From: Escherichia phage JSS1
Sequence record: KX689784
DNA length: 39,024 nt
Reading direction: 5' to 3' (one strand)
Every line of letters begins with the position of its first letter. Within the stretch, counting starts at the first letter, position 1. Under the pieces are notes generated by a model that worked only from the letters and a program-made list of their open reading frames with translations, did not search any database and had not been told where the DNA came from. The translations under genes and the position numbers were made by a program. This document shows, piece by piece, positions 16,952 to 28,279 of this stretch.

Positions 16952-18264
16952 TTAGTTTGTGAACGAAACGTTGAATGACCTAACGGTAGACCCGTCATAT
17001 CCAACAGTTACAAGACCTGTCACAGCATCGGTGGCCTTGAAGTAGAGACTTGAAGTTCTACGAGAGTAGCTCACACCATCCGGCATGGTTACATCCAGCA
17101 GAGACCAGTCGGTCACATCTGCCAGCTCAGGGAAGTCAACCTTAAGACTGACACCCACTGAGGACTCCAAGGTTTCCAAGGTAGGACCCTCAGTAGAGAG
17201 AGTCCTGAAGGTCATTAACCCTTTGCTGCTTGACTGAAAACCAGAGCACCAGCCGCTTCAGGGCGCAGACCACCGTGACCCATAGCGTATTTACCAACAA
17301 TCAGGTCGCCCTGAGCATCGACGTCACGGTCACGTTCCAGCGCCAAGTCACGCAGCTTCACAGTACCAACAGCAGAACGGTGAGAGAACAGACCCACAAC
17401 GTTGTCCATAGCAACTTTAACAGCGCCAGTAGCAGTTGCCGGGAATGCGTGTTTCTGACCGGAAGCGATAGAAATACCATCGTCACCACGAGTCTCACCA
17501 GCGCCACCCTGTACCAGATGCGGAACCTCGACAACAACGAAGCCCATCACGTTACGGATGTTACCAGTCTCTGGATCAATCAGCGCAGCATAGTTAGCAG
17601 CGTTCGGCATCAGAGCGGCGAGGATTGCAGAGTAGTTGTCAGGCGTGGTGTAGAAGTAACGGTCGCCAGCAGGAACGTAGTTGGAGGTCAGCTTCGCACG
17701 AGCAATGGTCAGTTGACCAATGATTGCCTCACCCAGCTTAGCCGGAGTGTTCAGGTCGGCTTTAGTACCAACTTCAAGTACTGACGCAGTGCCCAGACCG
17801 GCAATATTTTCGTTGGATGCAGCCGGGAGGTTACACAGGAGAGCCATTTCAGCCAGAACCGCACCATCAGCAGCGATAGCCAGAGCTTCACCCAACTGGT
17901 TGGAGTACTCGCCAGCCACGTCATAGTGGTTCATCGCGTCTTCAATGTCGAAAATCATCACATCGGCAGTCAGCAGACCATCAATGGTAATCACTTTCTC
18001 TGTATGTTTGATACCTTTACGCTTATCGGACAGTCGCTCACCCGGAGCCAGATACACACCAGAGGTGCGACCCATGACCGGGAACTGAGCAGACTTACCG
18101 TTCTGAATGGTACGGACAATATGCTTGTCAGCGGTTACAGAGCGGCGAGTGAATGCGGTCAGGACTTCACCAGCAAAGACCTTCAGGAACAACGCCAGAG
18201 CGTCGGAACTGGATTTGCCTTTACCTTGGTCTGTACCAATTTTCTGACCCGGAACGTTTGCCAT
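16952..18264 (-). CDS. 10B: Major capsid protein 10B, predicted -1 frameshift product of gene 10
   Basis: The -1 frame at the end of 10A is open across the slippery site and continues to TAA at 16952, adding about 94 aa. The arrangement parallels T7 10A/10B. Confidence 0.55.
17215..18264 (-). CDS. 10A: Major capsid protein 10A (349 aa)
   Basis: Very strong similarity to T7 gp10A (KSAQFPV.GRT, HTEKVITIDGLLTADV, MPNAANYAALIDPE, RSAVGTVKLRDLALER, GKYAMGHGGLRPEAAGA). AGGAGA RBS. Confidence 0.96.
   Translation of the reverse strand: MANVPGQKIGTDQGKGKSSSDALALFLKVFAGEVLTAFTRRSVTADKHIVRTIQNGKSAQFPVMGRTSGVYLAPGERLSDKRKGIKHTEKVITIDGLLTADVMIFDIEDAMNHYDVAGEYSNQLGEALAIAADGAVLAEMALLCNLPAASNENIAGLGTASVLEVGTKADLNTPAKLGEAIIGQLTIARAKLTSNYVPAGDRYFYTTPDNYSAILAALMPNAANYAALIDPETGNIRNVMGFVVVEVPHLVQGGAGETRGDDGISIASGQKHAFPATATGAVKVAMDNVVGLFSHRSAVGTVKLRDLALERDRDVDAQGDLIVGKYAMGHGGLRPEAAGALVFSQAAKG
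17236..17242 (-). other. Candidate -1 programmed ribosomal frameshift slippery site GGUUUUC
   Basis: mRNA CUG-GUU-UUC-AGU lies 6 codons before the 10A stop; the -1 frame stays open into the downstream ORF. Confidence 0.55.
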
Positions 18265-18366
18265 ATGATAATTCTCCTATTCAATTGAAAGATAAAGTTT
18301 ATTACTTACTGTATGCCCAATCCGTATGGACTGAAGTAATAGGGAAACCTTGAGTCTTTCTCTTGG

Positions 18367-18389
18367 TCTCCCTATAGTGATAGTTTAGT
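18367..18389 (-). promoter_or_regulatory. Phage RNAP promoter (phi10-like), consensus class
   Basis: Minus-strand GGACTAAACTATCACTATAGGGAGACCAAGA; perfect GGGAGA initiation region. Confidence 0.85.
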
Positions 18390-18390
18390 C

Positions 18391-19275
18391 CTACAGGCTT
18401 GAGGCAGCTACCTTAGCGCGAACTTCCATCGTGTACTTAGCGTCACGCAGGTATCGCGGGTCACTCATAGCCTTAATCATGTCAGCCTTTGAGCTGAATG
18501 CTTCGGTCTGAGGAGCCTTAGGTGCGACCACAGGTTTAGCCTGAGTGGTGATGGTGCGCTGAGGTTTAACACCCACAGCTTTACCAAGAGTCTTGCCAGC
18601 CAGATTCAGAAGAGCTTTGGTAGTCGCAATGTCCTTACGAACGATAGCAGCTTCCAGTGCTTCACGAGTTGACGGGTCGTTGGACTCAAGGTGTGACAGG
18701 ATGCGATTAAACTGTTCAGCACCACCAGCGTAGCGAACCACACCAGCAGCATACTGTTCAGCCAGAGCTTCCTGACCACGGACAAACGAATCTACGAAAC
18801 GCTTGGTGTAACCTGCTTCCTGCAACTTAGCGTAGGATGCGTCAGACAGCTTACCGTCCTTGGCGTATTCAGCCTTGATAGCGGTAATCTCATCAGCAGT
18901 GACCTTGCCAGCTTCTACAGCAGAAGACACCATGTCGTCGAATGCAGCTTCGTTTTCATCCAGAGCGGTGACACTTTCGGTCAGCTCTTTAGGTGCATCA
19001 CCAAGTTCGACGAACTCAGGTTGCTCACCATCGGTCTCAGACTCTTCGTCATCGGACTCGTGGTCTTCTCCACCTTCAGTCTCTTCGACGTTTTCGTCTT
19101 CTTCGGTCGCCTCTTCATTTTCAGCTTCCAGTTGCTTGAAGGTAATAGCGTCGTCGCCATCACGAACAGCTACGTCCTGTTCAAGCATAGACTTCTGGTG
19201 TTCGTTCAGGTCCTCAACGTAACCAGTGATTGCATTAGAGCTAACGCCGAACTCGGCATAAACTGATTGAGACAT
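18391..19275 (-). CDS. 9: Capsid assembly (scaffolding) protein (T7 gp9 homolog, 294 aa)
   Basis: Highly acidic with an E/D-rich central segment; position between portal and capsid; AAGGAGA RBS. Confidence 0.85.
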   Translation of the reverse strand: MSQSVYAEFGVSSNAITGYVEDLNEHQKSMLEQDVAVRDGDDAITFKQLEAENEEATEEDENVEETEGGEDHESDDEESETDGEQPEFVELGDAPKELTESVTALDENEAAFDDMVSSAVEAGKVTADEITAIKAEYAKDGKLSDASYAKLQEAGYTKRFVDSFVRGQEALAEQYAAGVVRYAGGAEQFNRILSHLESNDPSTREALEAAIVRKDIATTKALLNLAGKTLGKAVGVKPQRTITTQAKPVVAPKAPQTEAFSSKADMIKAMSDPRYLRDAKYTMEVRAKVAASSL

Positions 19276-19362
19276 TGAGTCATTCTCCTTTGGTAGTTAA
19301 TAGGTGACGGGACAGAGTATGGTAGCTCCCAGTGGCACACTCTCGGTGAATGTGTGTCCCGT

Positions 19363-19385
19363 TGTTCCTATAGTGATAGTTTAGG
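19363..19385 (-). promoter_or_regulatory. Phage RNAP promoter (phi9-like), consensus class
   Basis: Minus-strand GCCTAAACTATCACTATAGGAACAACGG, overlapping the gene 8 stop. Confidence 0.8.
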
Positions 19386-20949
19386 CTTGAGCCATGTCCT
19401 CACCAGCTCCCTGACCTACAGCAGCCCCCATGTTAGCACCAGCAGCAGACGCACCGTTGACCACAGCTCCTTGAGCGGATTGTTCAGCAATACGTTGCAT
19501 CTTCTCGTCTTGTGTCAGGAGTAGTCCAGCGGTGTCGATACCCAGAGCGTTCAGAAGTCGCAGCTTAAGGGTCGGCAAGTTGATGTCCGGGTCCTGAGAG
19601 AGCTGCTGAAGACCAGTCATCATGTTGACTGCCTGAGTCAGCTTCTCCAAGTCCTGACCACGGCCCAGAGCTTCCAGACCAGTGGAGACCGTAGGCTCTA
19701 CCGCTTCTTTCGGAAGGTCAGGAATCATGCCCGCAGACTGAAGCTGGTTCATCAGTACACGGACGATAGGTAACTGAAGCTCTTGTGACTGTACTGAGTA
19801 CACGCCACCTAAGGTCGCCTCCAGTTCGCCAGCAACATAACGAATCTCTTCAGCAGTGACTCGCTCGGCATTACGCTGAACAGCACTATTAAGAAGGAAG
19901 GCCCAGCCTAAACGTTGCTCGATAGCGTCAGCCACCGACTTGGCAATCGTAAAGTCCTGACCTTTCGTCAGTTGCAGGAAGTTGATGTCCTCTACGCGAC
20001 CAGCCACGAACTCACCTGTAGCCGCCTTGTTCAGACGTCGAGGTTGCGTGATGCCGTTCGGGTTAACGAGGCCCACCACCTTGGAGGCTACCTTAGCCAT
20101 TTTGGTGATAGCTTCTGTAATCGTCTCCAGCGAGTTCAGGTCTCCCAGATACTCCTCGCAATAAGAACGACCATAGTCTTCACCGTCCAGTCGAACCATT
20201 CGTACCGGGATGTATGGACATGCAGTCAGTGGGTATGAACCCTCTGTCCCTGCTACCTCAATGCCTTCCACTTCCTCATAGCGCAGATACTCGTCGTCCT
20301 GACGGTAGATGTGCGTATACACTTCCAGCTCTGTGTCAGGCTCATAGTCGTCTGCGTTGAGTTGAGACTTAACGTCTTCCGGTAGAGCACTAAACGCTAC
20401 CTTGTCGAGCGTCACAATCTGCAAGATGTTACCGAAAGCATCACGTTGAACAACGTAGGACACTAAGCGGTACATTCGCATAGGACTGTAAGTACCTTGT
20501 TCAGGCTCTGGAATGTAGAGCAGGCAGTTACCGGAGACGATAAGCTGCTTAAGAGCTTCGAACAATGGCACACGGAAACTGTTAGTCTCCATGTAGGCCA
20601 TCAACACACGCTCGACCATAGCCAGCCCTTCGTCAACACGAGCAGCAGCCTCTGAGTCCTGACTCAAGGTCTTTGCCTCATATTCTGAGACTGTCAGTCG
20701 CATCCACGGTGACTGAGGGAATAACGCCAACATCAGCTTTGCGGCCAAGTTGTTCAAGCAGCGAGCACCTACAGCTTGCCACGGAGTTGTGTACTCAGTA
20801 GACGAGTTGTCTGACTCCTTAGGAAACAGTGACGGGATAGTGACAGCAGCACAGTTCTGAGCGCGTGTCTCATATGGCTGTCTACCGTTCTTAAGTCGGT
20901 CATAGACCGCTTTGGCTCCTTCAGCAGCGAACCCTTCACGTTCAGCCAT
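19381..20949 (-). CDS. 8: Head-to-tail connector (portal) protein (T7 gp8 homolog, 522 aa)
   Basis: Length and position; AAGGAGGTG RBS. Confidence 0.9.
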   Translation of the reverse strand: MAEREGFAAEGAKAVYDRLKNGRQPYETRAQNCAAVTIPSLFPKESDNSSTEYTTPWQAVGARCLNNLAAKLMLALFPQSPWMRLTVSEYEAKTLSQDSEAAARVDEGLAMVERVLMAYMETNSFRVPLFEALKQLIVSGNCLLYIPEPEQGTYSPMRMYRLVSYVVQRDAFGNILQIVTLDKVAFSALPEDVKSQLNADDYEPDTELEVYTHIYRQDDEYLRYEEVEGIEVAGTEGSYPLTACPYIPVRMVRLDGEDYGRSYCEEYLGDLNSLETITEAITKMAKVASKVVGLVNPNGITQPRRLNKAATGEFVAGRVEDINFLQLTKGQDFTIAKSVADAIEQRLGWAFLLNSAVQRNAERVTAEEIRYVAGELEATLGGVYSVQSQELQLPIVRVLMNQLQSAGMIPDLPKEAVEPTVSTGLEALGRGQDLEKLTQAVNMMTGLQQLSQDPDINLPTLKLRLLNALGIDTAGLLLTQDEKMQRIAEQSAQGAVVNGASAAGANMGAAVGQGAGEDMAQA

Positions 20950-20960
20950 TCGTCACCTCC

Positions 20961-21209
20961 TTAAATAGAAATACCGCCACCAGAGGTACGAGAGACCTGA
21001 AGTCCACGCTTACCAGTTCGCTTAACTTTCTTCTCGTCAGATGCAGTCACTTCAGTATCCACATCTTCCACTTTGTCGTTCGGCACTTCTACTGGTGCAG
21101 CTGGGGTCTGAGCCTCAACAACTTTAGGTGCATCATCAGCTCCAAGACCAACGGTCCCTAACGCACCTTTTACCACTTTCTTGAAAGCCTTACTGATTGA
21201 TTTACCCAC
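20961..21209 (-). CDS. 7.3: Tail assembly protein (T7 gp7.3-like, 82 aa)
   Basis: Lys/Gly/Ala/Val-rich N-terminus like T7 gp7.3. GTG start at 21209 with AAGGAGA 6 nt upstream. Confidence 0.7.
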   Translation of the reverse strand: MGKSISKAFKKVVKGALGTVGLGADDAPKVVEAQTPAAPVEVPNDKVEDVDTEVTASDEKKVKRTGKRGLQVSRTSGGGISI

Positions 21210-21606
21210 GATTAATCTCCTTAGTTGTTACGATGTCTACCGACCCAGAAACATGCTTGACACGAGAATACCAGCCAAGACCCCAACGCTTGCACTCTTC
21301 GTCTATGATGTGCCTGACAGTCTCAAGAACCTTGCGGGAGGACTGCGAGTCACGACGAATAGCGATGATTGAAAGGTCAAGACCGGGAGTCGGTCGGTGC
21401 CAAGATGCGGTAGCCAGCATGTAGAGGTACGCTACTGGTTGACCTGAGACATCGTAGATTGTGTACTCTTCACCGTCGAACTCGTCAGCCATACGGTAAG
21501 TATGAGCCTTGAAGTCCTCGAATGACTTGAAGTTAGACTGCCCGTCTTCCCAGAGGCGACAAGCGCACATATGGCGACCTTCGCGTGAGTTGAGATATGG
21601 TAGCAT
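21202..21606 (-). CDS. 7: gp7-position virion protein (134 aa)
   Basis: Synteny between 6.7 and 7.3, size close to T7 gp7. ATG 4 nt after the 6.7 stop. Confidence 0.6.
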   Translation of the reverse strand: MLPYLNSREGRHMCACRLWEDGQSNFKSFEDFKAHTYRMADEFDGEEYTIYDVSGQPVAYLYMLATASWHRPTPGLDLSIIAIRRDSQSSRKVLETVRHIIDEECKRWGLGWYSRVKHVSGSVDIVTTKEINRG

Positions 21607-21610
21607 TGTC

Positions 21611-21835
21611 TTACCCCATGTTGACGCCAGAGTTACGCATAGCGCGACTCACTGACGATTTATCTTTAGGTGCAGACTCCTTCTTGACCTTCAGGTCTTT
21701 GATACCTTTGGTCTCGTTGGTGTCAACATCAGATTCAGCCCCGATGTCAACTGACGCAACTTCCTCACTCAGAGGTGCTGGTTCAGGTGCTTGGACCGAA
21801 GGCTTCGGAGTGCTAATCTTTGGACTGAAACACAT
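21611..21835 (-). CDS. 6.7: gp6.7-position small virion protein (74 aa)
   Basis: Synteny; GGAGGG RBS. Confidence 0.6.
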   Translation of the reverse strand: MCFSPKISTPKPSVQAPEPAPLSEEVASVDIGAESDVDTNETKGIKDLKVKKESAPKDKSSVSRAMRNSGVNMG

Positions 21836-21849
21836 AGTCCCTCCTACAG

Positions 21850-22122
21850 TTAATCGAACTGAACGGTATCTTTCAGCTCACGACGCATAGCAATCGCAGA
21901 GTCGAGAGTGTCAGAGCAATACTGGAGACCCTTGATAAACCCGGCAATGAACGCATCGCTGTAGCCCTGCTGCTTGAGGAGACTAATAGCTCCCATCTTC
22001 TCAGCGTAGCTTGCGTTGAACAATACGTGCAGGAACTGGATGGCAGACTGGGAGATGTTCGGGACATCAAGTCTTTCTTCCTGTAACTGCTTAACAACGT
22101 TTTCAATAGCATTAATCGCCAT
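21850..22122 (-). CDS. 6.5: gp6.5-position protein (90 aa)
   Basis: Immediately downstream of the phi6.5-type promoter; AGAGGAGA RBS. Confidence 0.6.
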   Translation of the reverse strand: MAINAIENVVKQLQEERLDVPNISQSAIQFLHVLFNASYAEKMGAISLLKQQGYSDAFIAGFIKGLQYCSDTLDSAIAMRRELKDTVQFD

Positions 22123-22183
22123 CTTGAATCTCCTCTTTAAGTTAAGACTAAAGTCTATCTTATAGTCATATCTTAGGTCCTAA

Positions 22184-22206
22184 AGTCCCTATAGTGATAG
22201 TTTAGT
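22184..22206 (-). promoter_or_regulatory. Phage RNAP promoter (phi6.5-like), consensus class
   Basis: Minus-strand CACTAAACTATCACTATAGGGACTTTAG. Confidence 0.8.
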
Positions 22207-22332
22207 GTTTCACCTATGGATGACTATTGGATTGATAGGATATGACTATCGGTTAGACTCAGTGTTTAGGACGGTTGTTCGACCCGAACCACTTGTACAT
22301 GCAGTAAAGGGCCAGAAGTCCGGCCCAGTAGA

Positions 22333-23199
22333 TTACATGGATGGTGTCCACAGGATGACCTCCTTGGACTTAGGGTCGTAGTCGGAGGCTCGACAAATAC
22401 GAGCGACCTGAGCTTGGACCAGAAGTTCCTCCTCGGTCATGCCAGCCTTAGCAGCCAGTGTAACCATGCAGTCCCACAGCGTCATGTCTTCACGCTTCGG
22501 ATACTTCTTCCACTCAGTCTTAATCTGGCCTTTGTTCTTACCAGTCTTAAGCTCACGGCTCTCCTGCACGAAGTAGTACGGCTCGTCAAGGAACGCACGA
22601 GTGGTATCCTCACCCATCCCCGGAATACCTCCGTAGCCATCTGTAGTGTCACCCTTGATGGTCTGCTCCATGTGCCAGTAGTCTGCCTCAGCAGTCGTAT
22701 GACTCAGGATTTCACCAGTTGTTAACCAGAAGAACTCACAGTTCGGGATGGTCTTGAAGTCCTTATCACAGGACACCAGCACCGCATGATCGCACCCAAC
22801 AATCTGAGGTCGGGTACCGATGATGCCCATACAGTCATCACCCTCAAGCGTAGGACGCAGGAAGCTGTTGAACCGTGGGTCAGCCATCACTTCGGCTACG
22901 AACTTCTTGTAACCTACAGGCTTGCGAGAACCTTTACGGTTGGCCTTATAGGTAGGTAGAACATCCTTACGCCAGTTGTTATCATCAGTAAAGCACATCA
23001 CAATCTTAGCGTCTTTCCACGCCTTACGCTTCTTAACGATTTCAGCGATGGTGTTCTCAAGGATACGACGAGCCTTCTCATGGTCGCAGATAAGGGTCCA
23101 GATGTCATCACCCCAGTCTGTCTCGTCCTCGGCAGCAGCCATAGAAGAGAAGACCAGATAGTCACCATCTAACACAAGAGCTATTTTCTTTTCACTCAC
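22333..23199 (-). CDS. 6: 5'-3' exonuclease (T7 gp6 homolog, 288 aa)
   Basis: Similar to T7 gp6 (LDGD.LVF, YKANRK, PVGY, LEGDD.MG, CDKDFKTIPNC, TIKGD.TDGY, WDC, AKAGMTEE). GTG start at 23199 with GGAGG RBS. Confidence 0.93.
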   Translation of the reverse strand: MSEKKIALVLDGDYLVFSSMAAAEDETDWGDDIWTLICDHEKARRILENTIAEIVKKRKAWKDAKIVMCFTDDNNWRKDVLPTYKANRKGSRKPVGYKKFVAEVMADPRFNSFLRPTLEGDDCMGIIGTRPQIVGCDHAVLVSCDKDFKTIPNCEFFWLTTGEILSHTTAEADYWHMEQTIKGDTTDGYGGIPGMGEDTTRAFLDEPYYFVQESRELKTGKNKGQIKTEWKKYPKREDMTLWDCMVTLAAKAGMTEEELLVQAQVARICRASDYDPKSKEVILWTPSM

Positions 23200-23405
23200 A
23201 GACAGCCTCCGTGTTGGTTCAGGAACTTAACGCCTTCAGCGGTAATCTCCCACGCACCATTGTTACGCCCATCCGTAGACAGGCAGCTCAGATGTCCACG
23301 ACTCGCAGCCTCAGCCACAAGTGCAGCGTTGTTGCGCACATAGTTGGACTGGAAGGTCTTCGGGCAGGACTTAAGGGCCGCTAGGACCCGTAAGTATTCA
23401 CTCAT
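23196..23405 (-). CDS. 5.7: T7 gp5.7 homolog (69 aa)
   Basis: KSCPKTFQSNYVRNNA.LVAEAA...NGAWEITA.G matches T7 gp5.7. Confidence 0.85.
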   Translation of the reverse strand: MSEYLRVLAALKSCPKTFQSNYVRNNAALVAEAASRGHLSCLSTDGRNNGAWEITAEGVKFLNQHGGCL

Positions 23406-23701
23406 TGCTTGAACCTCACAGTAGCTGGTGAGACACTGAAGAACTCTGCGTCTGAATACTCCTGTACAGCCTCTTTAATCGTTGAACGGAAGCTGTCACG
23501 CAGAACAAACTCAATCACTGCGTCCATACCTTCCGTCAGCCACAGGGTAAGCATATGGCGCTGCTTACCATCAGGATTGATTTCACCTGAGTGAACGTCT
23601 TTAGCCAGCTCTCGCAGACCCTTAATGATGAATTCCTCTTGGTCTGTAGGAAGTACAGCCTTAAGGTTGAAACTTACGATAGCGCGTTTGGTCATAGCCA
23701 T
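23402..23701 (-). CDS. 5.5: T7 gp5.5 homolog (H-NS-binding protein family, 99 aa)
   Basis: MAMTK start with TAATG overlap of the gene 5 stop, AAGGAG RBS. Same length as T7 gp5.5. The track ORF begins at an upstream GTG inside gene 5. Confidence 0.75.
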   Translation of the reverse strand: MAMTKRAIVSFNLKAVLPTDQEEFIIKGLRELAKDVHSGEINPDGKQRHMLTLWLTEGMDAVIEFVLRDSFRSTIKEAVQEYSDAEFFSVSPATVRFKQ

Positions 23702-25872
23702 TAGTGACACTCCTTCCACGTTGGTCCAATCTTACCTTCGGTATCAAGGACACATTTAAAGTTATAAAACTCACCCACCTTACGCATAGCAAGTTGAGCA
23801 ATCTTGACGACTTCTTCGGCAATCTCCTGAGTACGACACGCAATCTGCAATTCGTCATGCACCCAAGCCATGTACGCAAAGTCACCTTCCCAGCCGTGAA
23901 CATACCCTGCCTCTTCGAGCATACGTTCAGTCTCTACAATCCAGTGCTTACAGACTACCGCACCATCTCCTTGGAGTAATGCGTTCAGTGCTGAGTGTGG
24001 AGACCGGATGTGGATACGGCGACCATCAAGTCCACGCAACCAACGGCGTTTCCACTTGACGATATTCTCACCGTCCACCCACTTAGAGTCTGAGATTAAC
24101 GTATTACTAACAGCTTCCCTGAGGTCTTTGATGGCTGGTGTACCCTCAATGAATTTCTTCATGAGAGCTGAACCTTCCTTCTTACCTCCTCCTACTATCA
24201 GTCCAATCTTAGCTGCCCCTGCACCATACAGGAACGCATAGATGAACGTCTTAGCGTTGTTACGGAAAGCATCATGGTCGTGGTTCGACTTATCGCGTGG
24301 GACGTTAGGTGCTAACCCAGCGTTGACTGCATTGGCCCAGTGGATGTCACCTTCGACCACAGTCTTCGCATAGTCACCACCATCAAATGGAGCTGCTCGG
24401 TTCCCCAGACAACGAAGCTCAAGACCTGAAGCATCCACACCAACTTGAATCCAAGGGTCTGGCTTACCATCCGTTTTGTTCCAAGCTGCACCGAAAGCAC
24501 CACGGCAAATCTCACCATATGGAGCACCGTTAGCAGGGACCTGAGCCATGTTTGGTGAACTATGAGTCGCACGTCCTGTTACTGCCCCGCATGGGTTGAT
24601 TGAACCGTGCATACGTCCGTCTGGACCTACAAGTTTCAACCATGCGTTCTTACCTTCAGCAGCCTGACCGATGCGCTTCTGGACTACCAGATACTCACGG
24701 ACCAGCTCTACGCAAGCCTGAGCCTCTAAGTCTGGCAACTTAACGTGTTCTAACGTCTCGTCATCGACTACAGGTTTACCGGTGTCAGTGAAGTCCACAG
24801 GCTCCCAACCACGCTCCATCAGAACTTTCGCTAAGTGGTCTCCGCTTCCCGGATTAAACTCAACGTAAGTGATAGGTGTGAACGGTGCTCCCTCCATCGT
24901 GTCTCGTGAGTCGAACTCGCAAGGCTCCAGACCTAAGCGTTGAGCTTTGTTCTTCGGCTTCTTGAATACTGACCCGACCTTAGGATACACGACTCGTGGA
25001 TACTTCGGAAGGTCCTTGCCTGTCCGTGGGTGCCGGAAGAACTCCTTGCCTCCCTTTGGTGCGTACCAGCTACCGAAAGTCGAACGCAGCTTGTCAAGCA
25101 GCTCTGCACGTTTGACGGTGAGTTCACGATATAAGCCTTCGACCATCTCGGTGTTCATTGGATAGCCGTTACGTTCCATCTTCGCACAGGTCCACGCAGC
25201 ATCATGTTCCAGACGCAACGCATAAATCTGGTCGAAAGCGAACTGTTCAGACTGGAAGTAATACTTGTCAGTCAGGAACTTCTTGAACAACGCCAGTGTG
25301 ACCACAACGTCTTGAACGTTATAGTCCAGCATCTTCTGAGACGGGAACAACCATTCGTCCCCAGCCTTATATTCGATACCTTCAGCCTTGCACTTGGCAA
25401 CGTAATCGTGTTTGTACTCACCTTTCATCTCACCGAGACGATAACCCCAAGCCTCAAGAGACTGTCGTCCCATCATCTGAGGTGGCAGACGACCAGCTTT
25501 CACCGCTCCCATGTCTGAGAACTTAATGTTTGGATACATCAAGCGTCCCAGCACCAAGGTATCAATCATCTTGTGTTTCGGGAAGTTAAAGCGTTTCCCA
25601 AAGTACAGACGTTTCAGCTTGTCAATAGCAGGGACGTCATAGGTGATACCATTGTGAAATGCCAGCATACCATCAGGTGATGCGGCAATCTCTTCCACTT
25701 TATGCACATACTCTTTGAAGCCACCGACGATACCGACCATCGGAGCTACCCCATACTTAAGGGTCTCATTCGACTCGGCGTTAATCAGGACCCCGCAGTG
25801 GAACTGGGAGACTGTATCAAGGAGACCGTTTGTCTCGATGTCAGAACCCCAGATACTCTTAAGGTCAAACAT
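23701..25872 (-). CDS. 5: DNA polymerase (T7 gp5 homolog)
   Basis: Family A polymerase. N-terminus MFDLKSIWGSDIETNGLL resembles T7 MIVSDIEANALL. ATG at 25872 with GGAGGA RBS; the track start at 25908 is a GTG inside the upstream hairpin. Confidence 0.95.
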   Translation of the reverse strand: MFDLKSIWGSDIETNGLLDTVSQFHCGVLINAESNETLKYGVAPMVGIVGGFKEYVHKVEEIAASPDGMLAFHNGITYDVPAIDKLKRLYFGKRFNFPKHKMIDTLVLGRLMYPNIKFSDMGAVKAGRLPPQMMGRQSLEAWGYRLGEMKGEYKHDYVAKCKAEGIEYKAGDEWLFPSQKMLDYNVQDVVVTLALFKKFLTDKYYFQSEQFAFDQIYALRLEHDAAWTCAKMERNGYPMNTEMVEGLYRELTVKRAELLDKLRSTFGSWYAPKGGKEFFRHPRTGKDLPKYPRVVYPKVGSVFKKPKNKAQRLGLEPCEFDSRDTMEGAPFTPITYVEFNPGSGDHLAKVLMERGWEPVDFTDTGKPVVDDETLEHVKLPDLEAQACVELVREYLVVQKRIGQAAEGKNAWLKLVGPDGRMHGSINPCGAVTGRATHSSPNMAQVPANGAPYGEICRGAFGAAWNKTDGKPDPWIQVGVDASGLELRCLGNRAAPFDGGDYAKTVVEGDIHWANAVNAGLAPNVPRDKSNHDHDAFRNNAKTFIYAFLYGAGAAKIGLIVGGGKKEGSALMKKFIEGTPAIKDLREAVSNTLISDSKWVDGENIVKWKRRWLRGLDGRRIHIRSPHSALNALLQGDGAVVCKHWIVETERMLEEAGYVHGWEGDFAYMAWVHDELQIACRTQEIAEEVVKIAQLAMRKVGEFYNFKCVLDTEGKIGPTWKECH

Positions 25873-25890
25873 GGTTAATCCTCCGTTTAG

Positions 25891-25935
25891 TCTAATCATA
25901 AAGGCCACTCGATGTGAATGACCTTGAGTCTAGAC
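25891..25935 (-). promoter_or_regulatory. Conserved RNA hairpin, candidate RNase III processing site (T7 R4.7 position)
   Basis: Minus-strand RNA UAGACUCAAGGUCAUUC-ACAUC-GAGUGGCCUUUAUGAU: 10 bp stem with G-U pairs and the same conserved flanks as 3605 and 33823. Confidence 0.5.
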
Positions 25936-26100
25936 CTAGAAGTCTGTACGCAAGAAGTGATACATAAACTTCCGGTTAGCTTTCTTCCATGCCTTAGAGT
26001 CGAACCTTTGGTCTCCCAGAATGTTGGACAGGCATGTTGCTTCATCACTCCACCATTTGTACATGAACCGATGGTAGCGAGCTTTAAGTTTCTTTAACAC
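25936..26100 (-). CDS. Small basic protein (54 aa from GTG, or 42 aa from ATG at 26064), gene 4.x position
   Basis: GTG at 26100 with GGAGGA 6 nt upstream, TAG at 25936-25938. Position between genes 4 and 5. Confidence 0.3.
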   Translation of the reverse strand: MLKKLKARYHRFMYKWWSDEATCLSNILGDQRFDSKAWKKANRKFMYHFLRTDF

Positions 26101-26142
26101 TAACGGTCCTCCATAAAATTCTTATAATCAGCTATATCACGC

Positions 26143-27971
<1,829 letters not shown>

Positions 27972-28021
27972 TGGTCACTCCTTAATCATAAATGCGAACA
28001 AAGGGACAGGACTCATGGTCC

Positions 28022-28044
28022 CATCCCTAAGGTGATAGTTTAGT
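28022..28044 (-). promoter_or_regulatory. Variant phage promoter (class II-like; CACCTTAGG instead of CACTATAGG)
   Basis: Minus-strand CTAAACTATCACCTTAGGGATGG: the upstream half is consensus, two changes at -4/-3. Position matches T7 class II promoters before gene 4. Confidence 0.45.
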
Positions 28045-28255
28045 CTTTGAAGAACTGAGCCAACTGGTTAGCTTTGGTATCAGCCTGACGAGCCTTCATG
28101 CCAGCTTCCAGTGATGCGATGGTCAGCTTGTCAGCCAGAGCAGCAGCATCAGCCGCATCATCAGCAGTCTTCTTTTCTACCTTTCGTTCCAGAACCGCAG
28201 CACGACGATAACCACGCACCACCAGACGACCTAGAAATTCAATAAGTTTAATCAT
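28040..28255 (-). CDS. Hypothetical protein (71 aa), gene 3.7/3.8 position
   Basis: ATG at 28255 with AAGGAGA RBS; predicted helical, Ala/Lys-rich. Confidence 0.55.
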   Translation of the reverse strand: MIKLIEFLGRLVVRGYRRAAVLERKVEKKTADDAADAAALADKLTIASLEAGMKARQADTKANQLAQFFKD

Positions 28256-28279
28256 TAAGTTGTTCTCCTTTAGAGTTTA

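Noticed and set aside
17230-17784. 184 aa plus-strand ORF
   Set aside because: Antisense to the highly conserved major capsid gene; Ser/Thr/Val-rich artefactual translation.
25873-25908. N-terminal extension of the DNA polymerase ORF in the track (start at 25908)
   Set aside because: The upstream start is a GTG inside the conserved hairpin; ATG at 25872 has a GGAGGA RBS and aligns with the T7 gp5 N-terminus. The same reasoning trims the track starts for gp3 (29698 to 29647), gp5.5 (23719 to 23701), gp16 (10333 to 10315) and the second HNH (32505 to 32352).
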